Source: Phaeosaccion multiseriatum (Eukaryota; Protista; Ochrophyta, other classes). Taken from it: a DNA stretch of 64,000 bases. A program made the translations under genes and the position numbers. Numbering within the stretch: position 1 is the first letter of the stretch; each line of letters starts with the position of its first letter. Shown here in pieces: positions 48,016-60,648 of the stretch. The notes under the pieces are model-generated. The model ran no database searches and was not told the DNA's origin. It worked only from the letters and a program-made list of their open reading frames with translations. The DNA lies in contig OZ218950.1 of NCBI GenBank assembly GCA_965112735.1, positions 1,736,001 through 1,800,000 of the forward strand. The letters run 5' to 3'.

Positions 48016-51000
48016 TCACGCGAAGGCCACGCACGAATCCGTGAAGGGGGATGGCAGACTCGCGATGGCACTCCACCGATTGGTCCGAGGGCAGTAGCTC
48101 TCCACCGATTGAAGGGGCACAATGAGCTGCAGCATCCCTCCTCCACCCCCTTCCTCGTCCTCATCCTCCTCGTCTTCCTCTTCGTCAAACAAACCCGCGT
48201 GGGCCGGGACAGTAACGGTGGTGGTGCCTCCCACAGTCACTGCCACGTACAACGTATATTAACATAACATAACATAATATATAGCCGAGTGAGTGCATGG
48301 AATGGAACAGTGACATTCGTCTTTCAGCCGCCGGATTTTCTTACTGATACTTACTGATACTGACTATTTCTTTCTCTTTCTTTCTCTTACTGATACTTAC
48401 TCATACTTAATGCTTACCAAGAGAGGTTGGCGATACAAAGCAGCAGTCGCAGTAAGGGCGCTCGAGGAGAGTGGGTGCGAGGAAGTTCCACTTTCCTTCT
48501 CGTGGATCGAGAGCCTCCACAGCTGATAGACCCTGCCTGCCGTCGGGGCTACAGAGGGGAGGGGGGGGGGGGGCGGAGAGAGGGTGGTGGAGGTAAGAGG
48601 GAGGACAACGGGAAATAGGAGAGGGGGGGGGGGGGCGGAGAGAGGGTGGTGGAGGTAAGAGGGAGGACAACGGGAAATAGGAGAGGGGAGGCAGGGGGGG
48701 ACAGAGCCACACAGAGCAACACAAGTACGAGGCGAGGTGGGTAGCGATGGCTCAGGCCAGGACGGAGGGAAGAGAATCAACACACACATGATATATACAC
48801 ACACGCACTCACTCGTTCTTCTCGCATCGAGAGAGTGTGGGGACGGCAACGAAACATGTCTACGAAGCTTTTCGCCGGCAGAGCAAAACACAAAGCACGC
48901 ACCCCCAGGACAAACAAACAAACAAAGTACTTCTCTGCCTGCCTAGACCTCTCCCAAACTCACGAACTGACGGACGGACGGACGGACTGACTGACTGACT
49001 GACTGACTGACTAACTGACTGACTGACTGCCTGACTGACTGACTGACTGACTGACTGACTGACTGACTGACTGACTGACTGACTGACTGACTCACGAACT
49101 GGCGGACGGACTGACTGACTGACTGACTGACTCACGAGCTGACTGACTGACTCACGAGCTGACGGACTGACTGACTGACCTGCCCCCGACGGCGTAGACT
49201 CTTCCGTTGGGCCCCACCGCCAAGCCTAAACCCGTCCTCTTATGGCGCATGGGGCTGAGGTGCCTCCACTGCTCGCCTCTCTCGTCGAGGACCTCAACGG
49301 AGCTGTGATACACATCACCCCCTCCGTAGCCGCCTTGCATTGAGAGTCAATGCATGCAGCAGGAAGAGGAGGACACGGGACAACAACACCGAGAAGAAGG
49401 GCAGGGGGGCAGCGACGGTCATGGGGCATGAAATGTAATTCACTAAAAAGAAGAAGGAAAGGGGGGAGGGAAGGAGTCAGACGAAAGGAGACGGAGGAGG
49501 AAGGGGTCGGGCGTCTTTGCCGGTAGGAAGGGCCTCTGTGTGTCTCTGTCTGCCATGATGTCGATAAGGTGGGGTATGTGCCATCACATGCACCCGTCCC
49601 TGATGAGCATCTGACATGTGTTGACCCCACTGAGAAGTCTGACAAGGGGGTGGCGCGCTCCTCCTCACACACACACACAAACACACTCACTCAGCCATTC
49701 ACTCACTCACTCGCTCACTCACTCACTTAACTCACTCACTCACTCACTCACTCACTCACTCACTCACTCACTCACTCACTCACTCACTCACTCACTGACT
49801 CCCTCACTCCCTCCCTCACTCACTCACTCGCTCACTCACTCACTCACTCATTCACTCACTCATTCACTTCCTCTCTCTCACTCACTTACTCACTCCCTCA
49901 CTCACTCACTCGCCCGCTCACTCACTCGCCTACTCACTCACTCGCCTACTCACTCACTCCCTCTCTCCCACTGCCTCACCACCTCACTTACTCTCTCGCC
50001 TCACTCCCCCACTCAACTCACTCCCCTACGCACTCACTCCCTCCCTCTCACTCCCTCACTCACCGGCAGCAAATATTTTGCCGTCCGGACTTGCCGCGCA
50101 GCTGAGTCCACACCTTGCCTGTAGCAAAGAAGGGCCTGACAGCCAAGCCTGGAGGGGTGGCCGGACCAAAGTTTTACGACACAGGACAACAGTTTGATGG
50201 GTGGCAGACAAGGGGGGGAGGGGGGGGGGAAGGAGAGAGGGATGGAGAGGGAGTAAGGATGGACGGGGGCAAGGGAGGAAAGGATTAGGAAGGAAAGGAA
50301 TAAAGGCGGGGCAGGAGAAAAGAGGCGAGAACGTAGCAGCAGCAGCATCAGCAGCAGTAGCAGCAGAAGCAGCAGAAGCGCAGCAGCAGTTAATGATACA
50401 GCAGCAGTTGGTTCGTCCTGCTTGCTCCGCCTACTGACCTCAGCGTTGGGCCCGAGTACTTCACAACTCCTTTCTACATTTGCGCCCTGATAAGGGTTAG
50501 AGCCGCCTCCGATGGCCAGCACGGCCCCGCATCGAGTGAAACTGCTTCCGAGGAAGCAGCGCGGCGTGGTCAAGGAGGGAAGTGGCGTCCACGCTCCTTC
50601 CTCACCGTCGCTTCCTTCGTCGTCCTCGTCTTCGGCAGAATCCCCCTGTGTTGCTCCTCCTCCTCCGCTCCCCCCCCCCCTCCTCCTCGTCCGCTCTCCC
50701 CCTCTCCCCCTCCTCCTTCGCCTCCTCCTCCTCCTCTTCCTCCTCCTCCTCCTCCTCCTCCTCCTCCTCCTCCTCCTCCTCCTCCTCCTCCTCCTCCTGC
50801 TGCTGCTGCTGCTGTTACTGCTGCTGCTGCTTCTACCGCCGCCCACTGCGTGGCCCGCGCAACGGTTAGTCTCGACGACCTGTTACGGTTTCGTGGTGCT
50901 TCCCACTTCTCGGCCTGCGCCATGGCCACGTCACCGTCGTGCCCCCCTATCACATACACGTCTCCGTACCGGTCCACAGCCGCCGAGGATGCGGATCGAG

Positions 51001-51041
51001 CCTCGAGAAGAGGGCTCCCTGAGAACCACTGCCACGCCGCC

Positions 51042-51095
<54 letters not shown>

Positions 51096-51727
51096 GGTTG
51101 TTGGTGGTTTATGCTACTGCTTCTTGCGCCGCTTCCGCCCACGGTTGCTGCTGACGCAGGAGATATTTGTTTGGCGCAGCCGTAGGTGCTTATTCTTGTC
51201 GGACTGCCATCGGCGCAGTGACCGCCGAAGAGTCGCAGGCACGGCCCTTCGAGCTGCTCACCACCCTGGGGCGGCGAATGCGGCGAGGAGAGTGGGGATG
51301 ACGAGGTAGCAGCCGAGACGGATGGTGCAGTTCCAGGGGAGGAAGAAGATGAAGATGCCGAGGATACTCCCGCAGCAGCAGCGCCCATCGCATTGGATGC
51401 GGTAGCGGTGCCCGAGGTCGAAGTGGTGCTTCCGCTGCTGCCGGCGCTCTTTCCCAACGACATGGCATCGATCCTCTGCAAGACTTGAAGCCAGAAGCGC
51501 CTCTCCTCCTTCTCGCCTCCGCTGAATGACGCCCGGCTGGGTACAGGCTGCAAGAGCAGCCAAGCCTGGCGAGTAGCTAAGGCGCACAGCCTTAGGCACT
51601 GCGCATCGCACTTGGAGAGGAGCCCCGAGCACACCAAAGAAAGCGAGCACAGACTTTGGCCATCGAAGCAGCTCTCGAAATTAGGCCAAAGTGAAAGCAC
51701 GCAGTTCAGAACTGCATCACGCTCCAT
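48016..51727 (-). CDS. F-box-like/kelch-repeat protein; exons 51727-50439, 50148-50064, ~49333-49180, ~48550-48417, 48239-48016; apparent 1-nt frameshift in the C11 run at 50670-50680
   Basis: Kelch blades: DVYVIGGHDG..AEKW, WTPLPSLTTPR..VLAIGG, WLSGPSLLQAR..KIFAAGG, WRHLSPMRHKR..VYAVGG, VESYCPRTNRWSAIASL. N-terminal LNCVLS..LCSLSLVCS is F-box-like. Confidence 0.85.
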
Positions 51728-52309
51728 ATCTCCCCCCTAAAAGGTGTTGTGGAGACAAAGGGGGGGGGGGGGGGGGGAGTCCTCCCACCTTTCGATCAGT
51801 CCCTCCGCCTCCCTCCACCCTTGAGACGGTACTCACTCCTCCGAAGCATAATTGTTCTAGGCATTCGAGAGAAGATAAAGACAAGGAGGGAGGGAGGGAG
51901 GGAGGGAGGGAGGAAGGGAAGGAAGGAAGAAATGGATCCCCCCCCCCCCCCAGGATCCCAGTTTGAATAGCCCGAAATCGAGGTCGATTTTTTCCCCGTT
52001 ACTCCTCCAAATCGATCCGTCCTTCCCCTTTGGCCTCCTCTTTTATATTCCTGGCTTCTTCAAAGAACTTGGCCTCCCCTTCGCAGCTTCGGCCTTCGAC
52101 GCTCTCGTTCCCTCTTACTCCCTTCCATCCATCCCTTGTAGATTTCCGAGTAGCTCTTTTCCCCTGCCCTCTTGTTCCTCCCTCCCTACTGTCGTCCGCC
52201 AATAAAAGAGAGAGGAAAGGCAGGAGGGAGGAGGAGGCGGTTGTCGGGGGGGGAAGAAAGCCGGCAAAACAATTTCTTAGCTCCCACTACGGGGGAAGAA
52301 GGAGGAGGG

Positions 52310-55300
52310 ATGGAGGCAGCTGTAGTCAGAGAGGAGAGAGGAGGTCCTGGAAAGAGGAGACCGAGGTGTGAAGGCCACAACACCAGGCCAGTGGAAAATT
52401 TTCCCGCGGCCTGCCTCGAAGGAATCCTCGAGGAGAGAGGGGCCCGGGCGCTGGAGAAGCTTCACAGGGCGATGGATAAACATGAGATGGTGGGAGAGGC
52501 AGAAGCTCGGCTGGTGTTTGAAGGGGGTGGAGTCTTGCCCGCAGACGTGGGCAGAGAGTGGGGCCTGTCGAGGAGACAGGCCCAGATACTGGCCCTCACA
52601 AAGAGGAGGGGCAATAGGGTACTCGGCATACAGGACGAGGAACTGTTGCCTGCACGAAGGAAGTCCAACCGTGCAACCAACAACAGGAGGGCTCTGGGGA
52701 AGAGCAGAAGTCTCTCTCTTTCAGACAGAGACACGCTTCCCAAACTCCGCGTACAGAAAGACAAAGAGAGAGGCACCACAGGCAGAGGGAAAGGGAGGAG
52801 GAGAAGCAAAGGAAGGGGACAAGGTTCCGAGGCTAATGTCCATGGATCTCCTAGCGCAGTGGTGGTGCAAGATGTTGATAAAAGGCGGACAAAGGCTGCT
52901 GCGGCAAAGCGAGGTGGGAAGACAATAGTAGTAGCGGCAACATCAGCAGCAGCATCACGAGGAGCCGTCGATGAGGTGATGGCGGAGAAGTGGCGGAAGG
53001 AACGGTTCCTGGCTCTAAGAGCAGGTGGCGTGCGGGACAAGAGGAGCAACCTCGTCTTTGTGCACAAGGGCCTGGTCCTCAGCGACCTCCGGGAGGATTG
53101 TGCCAGCGATGGATTCGAGCTTGGCAAGACTGAAATAGCGCAGATGGACACCGTTCGACGACATGAGAATCTGCATCTGGTGCTCAGCCTCGTCGTCTCG
53201 GACGCCAGCTGCAAGCATCATCATCCGGACGAAGAGAAGCAGCCGGCACAGAGCCAGGGAGCTGAAACTCCTCCTACTGCTACTACTCAGGGAGCGGCAG
53301 TAAGCGGATCTTCTGCTTCCGTCGGAGCTACAGGTGGGGAGGTGGGCAGATGGAGGAGGATGGCATCCCGCTCGGCGAGTAGTTACGTGCTCTTGGAAAT
53401 GTGGAAGGGGACTGGTGGAGGCTCGGGAGAAGAAGGCAGACCGCAGAAAGCGACTCAGGGGCAAATGGAGGGAGGGATGATGCATGCGGTGGAAACCAGC
53501 ACACTGAACACCGCAGGGGCGGAGAAGGTAGGGCAGGAAGAAGGACTAGAAGAAGAACAGAGCACGGAGGTGCACAATAGCGGGGAGGAGGAGGAGGAGG
53601 AGGAGGAGGAGGAGGAGGAGGAGGAGGAGGAGGAGGAGGAGGAGGAGGAGGAGGAGGAGGAGGAGGAGGAGGAGGAGGAGGAGGAGGAGGAGGAGGAGGA
53701 GGAGAAGGAGAAGGAGAAGGAGAAGGAGAAGGAGAAGGAGAGGGAGAAGGAGAAGGAGAAGGAGAAGGAGAAGGAGAAGGAGAAGGAGAAGGAGAAGAAG
53801 AAGAAGAAGGAGAAGGAGAAGGAGAAGGAGAAGGAGAAGAAGGAGGAGGAGGAGGTGAAGGGACAAGGTTTGGTTGGTGGAGCCTCTCCACCACCGCTGC
53901 AGTCATCATCTTGCTCCTCTCCTCCTATAGGACCGCCGGAGTTGAGCGAGCGTTTGAGTCACGACGAACTCGGCGTGTTGCTCCCTTCCCGGCTTCACTG
54001 GACCGACCCCCTCGCAGAGATCCCTGACTTGGCCACATCTGCGGCGAGGCGAATCGTGTGGAGAGACACCCTCGCCGCCTTGGCAAAGCGAGTCATTTGG
54101 CAGTCACGGCGTCCTCCTCTTGCTCTGGCAGGGGAGGGCAAGAGCCGCAGCAGCTGCCGCACAGGGGACGATGTGCATGAGGATGATGACAGTGGCGACG
54201 GTGATGGTGCACCTTCCGACAGCATTGGTTTGGACCACCAGTCCCACCATGGCAAAGGTAAAACACCGCAGATCAACCGCCCCCCTTCCTCCTCCTCCTC
54301 CTCCTCCTCCTCCTCCCCCTGCTGGTACCTCGATCGCGTGCTCTACCGCTTTGGCAAGCGCGTGCCGTGGGGAGTGCGCGTCATCCACCACTTGCCGGCC
54401 GTGGTCGACTTCTCCCTGGGGAAGGATTGCTCCCATCTTCGGGTCGAGGCCCATGCCGGCGGTCGAGCAGTGCCTCTCGACATGCAGGGGCGCTGGTCCG
54501 CGGTCGCCGAGAGCGCTGCTCTTCACCTGTGCTCTACTTCAGCAGCGGGGCTTCGACCCACCACGTCACTCGTCGCGCAGAATCAGCGCAAGGAGTATTT
54601 GAAGAAGTGCGCGAGAGATCACATTTTGAGGTGGGTCTGTGAGGAGCTCATTTTGCCGCGTCTGCGACTGGACAACACGCTGGACGGACCGGCGTTGGTG
54701 ATATACGGTATCTGTAGCGGTCCCCCAGTGGGCAGATGTGTACCCTGGGCTCAAGACGAGGCCCTTCGGACGGAGGAGAACGAGGCGGCAGCGGCCTTGC
54801 AAAGGGGCTTTCGACACCACCTGACGCGGCAGAGAGAGGCGAGGAGGATGTTCGACCTCGTGCAGCTTGTGCAGAGTCAGGAAATCCAGCGAAGGGAGGA
54901 GGAGGAGCAGGCTCGATTGGCAAAGATTGAGGCCGACAAGAGGCATATGGTAGAGGCGGCGATGCGAGAGGAGAGGGCGAGGCGAGCGGAGGAGGAAGCG
55001 AAACGACAGAGGGAGAGAGACGCGACGGCCAAGAAGAGGGCGGCGGCACTGGCAGAGAAGGAGAGGATGCGCGTGTGGACCCTCGAGCTCATGCAGATTG
55101 GTCGGGAGAAGGTGGCCATGGAGAGAGAGGACGTCAACGTGGGGGTGCGAGTAATGGCAAGAAGGGGTCGGCATGAGGATGAGGATGAGCTCACATGGAC
55201 AAAGGGGGAGTGCGAGGTTGTGAGGGAGGCGGGTGCGGAGGGAGAGGAGGAAGGGGTAGCAGAGATTGGGCACGAGGAGGAGGAGGAGGAGGAGGAGGAA

Positions 55301-55564
55301 GGCATGGATCACGATGGCCCACCCTACGCACGCATGCAAGCGCGTTGTTGCATCGACGGAACGAATCTGTTGCTGTTGGCCCAAGTGTTTTTGCTTCCGT
55401 TGGGGAATGACCGGCGGAAAAATGATTCAGGGCCGCCCTCCCCGGGGTGGGCGAGAGGCGAAGTGCACGTGCTGCTCACTGCCGTGGAGCAAAAGGGGGG
55501 ACGGAGCGCCAAGCTGCTGCTCCACCCTTCCGACCTCCTGTGCATCGCCAGCACCGCCAGCGCC

Positions 55565-55595
<31 letters not shown>

Positions 55596-55843
55596 TCAGC
55601 AGCAACGACGACGCCAGAGCAGGGGACAGCAAAGGGGAGGTGCGGCAGTTGGTGGTACAGCAGGGAAGGTACGGCAAGCAGAGCATCCAGCAGCCACTTC
55701 ACCCTCTGATGAGCCTCGTGGACGGCGGGCGATCCCAGTCCCAGCAGGCACAACAAGGCGACACGGTGGAGAGAGTACTGGCGGCCGATGCAGAGACAGA
55801 GATAGAAGAAAAAGAGACAGAGAGAGCAGCAGCAGTTGGTGAT

Positions 55844-55878
<35 letters not shown>

Positions 55879-56101
55879 GGACGAGACAGAGACGGAGGCG
55901 GGGGCAGGGGCGGAGGCACGGGCGGAGGTATATGGGCAGGAGAGGGACCTGCAGAGCGAGGGAGCTGCTGTGTGCCGTCTCCTGACGCGTGAAGTGTTTG
56001 CGGCCTTGAGGAGCGAGTTGACGCTCTTTATGTCCAGGAGGGCCGGGAAGGAGGTCATGATCCTGTCCTACAGAGCCAAGCCGCTCTCATCGGCGGTTTA
56101 A
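52310..56101 (+). CDS. Large intronless hypothetical protein with poly-E/(KE)n tracts, an IQ-like motif and a coiled coil
   Basis: About 1260 aa uninterrupted ORF with several complex segments. AAAALQRGFRHHLTR is IQ-like, followed by an E/R-rich helix. Confidence 0.7.
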
Positions 56102-56623
56102 TTTATTTTTGAAGTTTCAGTGTAGTGGGGATTCACAACGCCAATCAAGAGCTACTGTATCGACATCGAGTTATAGGTTCCTTCTTCGGTGGCTCTAACT
56201 CGAACGAGTCCAAGCTGCTTACCACGTGATTAACATTTATTCAAACTACATTTCCCCTTTGGTGGTGGTACTGGTATAGATAGTGTTGTCTTTCTCTTTT
56301 AGTGCCACGATGGCTCCTTTTGAGCACATGCGACCTTGGCCTCTCCGTGTGCTCTCTCCTTCTTCCTCTCCTCCTTGAGCAGAGGAGAGGTCAGGCATCC
56401 GCCCCCCACTCTTCCTGTGCGGCCTGCGCTGGCCTGGCCTTGGCCCAGGCAATGTGCACACACACCCTCGAAACCCTTCCCCTCGCGTCCAGCACTCCCT
56501 CTCAGCAGACCTTCAGGGGGGTGGAGAGGTGCTTTGAGGAAGCCCTGCGACACCCAATTCTCATGTGGGTGTCCTTCGGTCTTCCCCTCCTCCAGCGTGG
56601 CTGCCCTCTCTCGCCCTCTCTTT

Positions 56624-58996
56624 CTAATCGAGCAGGTGCTCCGTCATCGTCTCCGCCCTCTCGTCCCCGCCTACCGCCCTGCGTATAGCACGCTTCACCA
56701 TCTCGAGGGAGAGCTTGTTGCGTGCCTCGCCATGGCACCTCTTCAGCATCTCCAGCGCCACCTCCTCGACCGTTTCGTACTGCCTCGCCTCAACAGACGC
56801 ACGCAGTACCTTGGAGAAAGAGGACAGAGCCGACGGGATGCCCTCTTCCTTCATCTCCCTCAAAACACCCAATGCCTCCATGTGTTGGCCGGCCTTGGCG
56901 CATGCAGCAAAAGCCCTGCTATAGCTTCCTGCATTCGGAGCGGGTCCTTCTGTCTTCATCTCCCGCAACAGCCCCAACGCCTCCACGTATCGGTCGGCCT
57001 TGCTGCACACGTTCATGGCGGCGTTGTAGCTTCCTGCAGTCGGAGCGGGTCCTTCTGCCTTCATCTCCCGCAACAGCCGCAACGCCTCCACGTATTGACC
57101 GGCCTTGTTGCACACGTTCATGGCGACGTTGTAGCTTCCCGCATCCGGAGCGGGTCCTTCTGCCTTCATCTCCCGTAACAGCCCCAACGCCTCCACGTAT
57201 TGACCGGCCTTGCTGCACACGTTCATGGCGGCGTTGTAGCTTCCCGCATCCGGAGCGGGTCCTTCTGCCTTCATCTCCCGTAACAGCCCCAACGCCTCCA
57301 CGTATTGACCGGCCTTGCTGCACACGTTTATGGCGGCGTTGTAGCTTCCCGCATTCGGAGCGAGTCCTTCTGCCTTCATTTCCCGCCACAGCCTTAACGC
57401 CTCCACGTATTGACCGGCCTTGCTGCACACGTTCATGGCGACGTTGTAGCTTCCTGCATTCGGAGCGGGTCCTTCTGCCTTCATCTCCCGCAACAGCCGC
57501 AACGCCTCCACGTATTCACCGGCCTTGGCGCATGCATCAATGGCGGCGTTGTAGTTCGATACATTCGGAGCGAGTCCTTCTGCCTTCATCTCCCGTAACA
57601 GCCCAAACACCTCCACGTATCGACCGGCCTTGGTGCATACTTTAATGGCGTTGTTGTAGCTTCCTGCATTCGGAGCAGGTCCTTCTGCCTTCATCTCCCG
57701 CAACAGCCGCAACGCCTCCACGTGTGCTCCGGCCTTGGCGCATGCCTCAATAAGGCCGTTGTAGCTATTTACGTGTGGAGTAGATCCTCGAGCCTTCATG
57801 TTCCTCAAAAGCAACGGAATTCTGTCGTGCTCCCCGCTTCTGATGCAGGCCATCATCGCAAGCCTACAGTGATGCCCATTGGGTATCACGCCTTTCCCTT
57901 CCATACCCCTCAGCAGCCCAACAGCTCTGTCCGAACTACTCGACTCGAGACAGACAAGTAAGGCCTCAGTGTACACGGAATCATCAAGGGCGATGCCTAC
58001 TGCCAGCACGTAGTCCCACAGGTCCCATGCTCCATCCAACCATCCCTCCCGACGACACACACCCATGGCGATAGCAAAGTTGCCGGCATTGGCGTCCAAG
58101 CCGTACTCGGGCGCTCTTCCCAGCAGTAGCAGTGCTTCTCCAGGCTGGCCAGCTCTATCCACAGCGGCGATAGCGTCGCTGAAATTGTGATGGCTGGGTG
58201 GAACCCCATGTGTTTGCATCTCCTTCAGAAGCTGCAGTGCCTGGTCTGCCTTCCCTCCTTTGCGACACCCCCTAATCGCCGCCGAGTACGTCCGCGAGTC
58301 CGGCTGCAATCCTACTACAGGCATCTCCCGAAGAAGACCCATGGCTTCATCGTATCTTTCAGCCAGACAACAGGCGTCAATGGCGGCGTTGTAGTGGAGA
58401 ACGTTTGGCATTAGCGCTCCGTGCTTCTGCGTCTCTATCTCCCTCAGCAGACCAAGTGTCTCCTCCCATTGGCCGCAGTGGCCGAAGGCCTCCACCACTG
58501 CGTCGAGAAGCGGCGCATCAATGGGCAGTGGCGATCGCACCGCCGCCTCCCACTCACCTCTCACTCTCTTCCAGTCCTTGGCCTCACGCGCGGCTTCCAA
58601 GCGCTCCAGTGTCTCGAGCCACAACGAGGGGGCTGCTGGGGAGGCATTGTGAGTAGGCACCGCAGAGGGAGAGGGGCCACAAGTTGAGAAAAAAGCCCCC
58701 TCCCTGGTACTGCGCGCCACGAGAGATCCACCCCACCGGTGCGACAAGAACCTCGCCAGATACGCAGGGGTGACAGCAAAGGCAGGGGCTGGCGCGGCAC
58801 CAGATGCGGAATACGGAGCACCAGGAGCTCTCCGCCGCCTGTTACTTCTGCTACTGGTGCTGCTGGTGCTGCTCCTGCTGCTGCTGGTGCTGCCACTGCT
58901 GCACGCTCTCCTCATCATCATCTTCATGCACCCAGCACCCACATCATCTGCGCTGCCTAAAAGTAACGACTTCAACCGCCCCATCTGGAACCCCAT
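56624..58996 (-). CDS. Pentatricopeptide repeat (P-class PPR) protein, intronless, probably organelle-targeted
   Basis: At least 15 35-aa motifs, e.g. SYNAAMNVCSKAGQYVEALGLLREMKAEGPAPD. R/S-rich N-terminus. Start uncertain (several Met). Confidence 0.95.
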   Translation of the reverse strand: MGFQMGRLKSLLLGSADDVGAGCMKMMMRRACSSGSTSSSRSSTSSTSSRSNRRRRAPGAPYSASGAAPAPAFAVTPAYLARFLSHRWGGSLVARSTREGAFFSTCGPSPSAVPTHNASPAAPSLWLETLERLEAAREAKDWKRVRGEWEAAVRSPLPIDAPLLDAVVEAFGHCGQWEETLGLLREIETQKHGALMPNVLHYNAAIDACCLAERYDEAMGLLREMPVVGLQPDSRTYSAAIRGCRKGGKADQALQLLKEMQTHGVPPSHHNFSDAIAAVDRAGQPGEALLLLGRAPEYGLDANAGNFAIAMGVCRREGWLDGAWDLWDYVLAVGIALDDSVYTEALLVCLESSSSDRAVGLLRGMEGKGVIPNGHHCRLAMMACIRSGEHDRIPLLLRNMKARGSTPHVNSYNGLIEACAKAGAHVEALRLLREMKAEGPAPNAGSYNNAIKVCTKAGRYVEVFGLLREMKAEGLAPNVSNYNAAIDACAKAGEYVEALRLLREMKAEGPAPNAGSYNVAMNVCSKAGQYVEALRLWREMKAEGLAPNAGSYNAAINVCSKAGQYVEALGLLREMKAEGPAPDAGSYNAAMNVCSKAGQYVEALGLLREMKAEGPAPDAGSYNVAMNVCNKAGQYVEALRLLREMKAEGPAPTAGSYNAAMNVCSKADRYVEALGLLREMKTEGPAPNAGSYSRAFAACAKAGQHMEALGVLREMKEEGIPSALSSFSKVLRASVEARQYETVEEVALEMLKRCHGEARNKLSLEMVKRAIRRAVGGDERAETMTEHLLD
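56845..57775. repeat. Tandem array of about 9 highly similar 105-bp units (PPR-coding)
   Basis: Unit ...CCTTCTGCCTTCATCTCCCG.AACAGCC.CAACGCCTCCACGTATT.ACCGGCCTTG... recurs every 105 bp. Confidence 0.95.
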
Positions 58997-59229
58997 CTGT
59001 GAAGATCCTGTGAAGCGGGTCGGAGCACCCTTCACCCTTCTTTCCGCTGGCCGTGTGAGGACTGCTTCAGTATGGCAGAGAGAAAGAGATTTTTAGGCTG
59101 CTGTCTCTCCGCCCTCCAGAAGCTCTAGCACTGTATTGTATCTCGGGAGCTGAGGCCCCTCCTTCCCCTTCTGCTCTTCTCGGCACCGCGAGTACTCCTG
59201 CTCTCCAGGCAAAGCGACTGCTTCATGCT

Positions 59230-59760
59230 GAAGCGACTGTTTCATGCTGTAAAGCACAGAGTGACGCAGCAAAGGTCGAGGTCATGGTGGAGAATCTCGT
59301 CTCCAAGAAAGGCAAGGCAAGCCTGGACCAGCCCATACATGACAAGAAGGGGACTACGGCGGTGAGGCTCAGTTTGGTTAAGCAGACTGTCATGAACATT
59401 TTCATATCAGCTGGTGCATGCGTCGGCCGAGCGAGTGGTGCCAAATTTTCCTCTTGTGAGGGACACACTCCAGTTGTGGAGACATCACAGCTTTCGGCCG
59501 GTGCCTGTGTCGATGGACTGGTAGAGGCCAGGGACTCACTCCGCTCTTTTGTTGCCTCTGAGAAGGGGCATGCAGCGGTAGTGCGCAAACTGTTCTCGGC
59601 TGGTGCCGCAGTGGACGCGACAGGTGACGATGGTTGGACCGCTCTCCACCTCAAGGTCACGATGAAGTGGTGAGGCGGCTTCTCCGTGCTGGTGCGAAGG
59701 TGGATTGTGGGGACGCCAGCGGATTCACTCCGCTGCAACTCAGACTGTGATGCCCTGAGT
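59230..59760 (+). pseudogene. Degenerate ankyrin-repeat gene remnant
   Basis: VASEKGHAAVVRKLFSAGAAVDATGDDGWTALHL, then in a shifted frame GHDEVVRRLLRAGAKVDCGDASGFTPL. The frame is broken at ~59655. Confidence 0.65.
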
Positions 59761-60648
59761 AGGGTTGACAAGACTCTTGAGGGACCGACCGCTCTGCAGC
59801 TCCTCTCAGCCAGAGCCTCGGTGGACATTTGCCCTGGCCTGTGTACAGCCCCACGGCGCAGACCTGGCTGGTACTGAACATGTCAAGCAGCGCTTTCTCG
59901 CAGCAGCAGCGGAGTTCTTCGCATCGCAAACCCCCCTGCACCTAATGCACGCAATGGACCCCACCTTTGGCAAGCAGAGGGGGGTACCGCCGTAGGAGAG
60001 AGAAGTCCACACCGAGACTAATGCTCTAGGTGGCTTCGGAACTGGCCTGAACCACCAAAAACCGTCCATCATCAGTCTTTTACTAAGCAGCAAGGAACGT
60101 CTGTGCAGTTAGACCAGAGGGGTGGGCATAAGGGGAGAAAAAGGGACTGCCGCCATGTGCCTTCACCCCGCCATCTCGTCTCATCGTTGATTCACCAGCT
60201 GCGTGCACCACCATCGAAGCTCACTCCTCTCTTGGGAAAGAAGGAGGACTGTTGATTGACGCACATATTCGACTGTTGTTGATTAACTGACGCACATTGG
60301 CGAAGGAGGGCATCTGCGATGGGCCTCCTCTTCCCCCGCCTCATCTTTTCATTCATTTAACACCTGCTGCTTGCACAAGCTCCTTCCTTGGTCGGTCCAA
60401 AGTTTCCTGTGCAAGCTCCGATCTGCCTGTCGTGAAAAATGTTGCAGTCTGATTGGCGATCTGTGTCTGAGCTGAAATGAGTAGCGGGCGGGCGGGCAGG
60501 CGGGCGGGGTGGCGAATAATGCACTCGCACCCCTCATCCCTCATGAAATGTGTCCGTCACATTGTAGTATATACATAAAAGAAGGAAGCAATGTACCGGG
60601 CTGCCATTTGTGAGCCCCCGTCCCACTTCGACTCGCGCGTCGCACCCG

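Noticed and set aside
50670-50680. Frameshift in the F-box/kelch gene (possible programmed frameshift or pseudogene)
   Set aside because: It falls in an 11-nt C homopolymer and one extra base restores the frame; all kelch blades are intact. Most likely a sequencing error.
56845-57775. Regularly spaced repeats resembling a CRISPR array
   Set aside because: The units are contiguous 105-bp coding PPR motifs with no unique spacers, and the context is eukaryotic with no cas genes.
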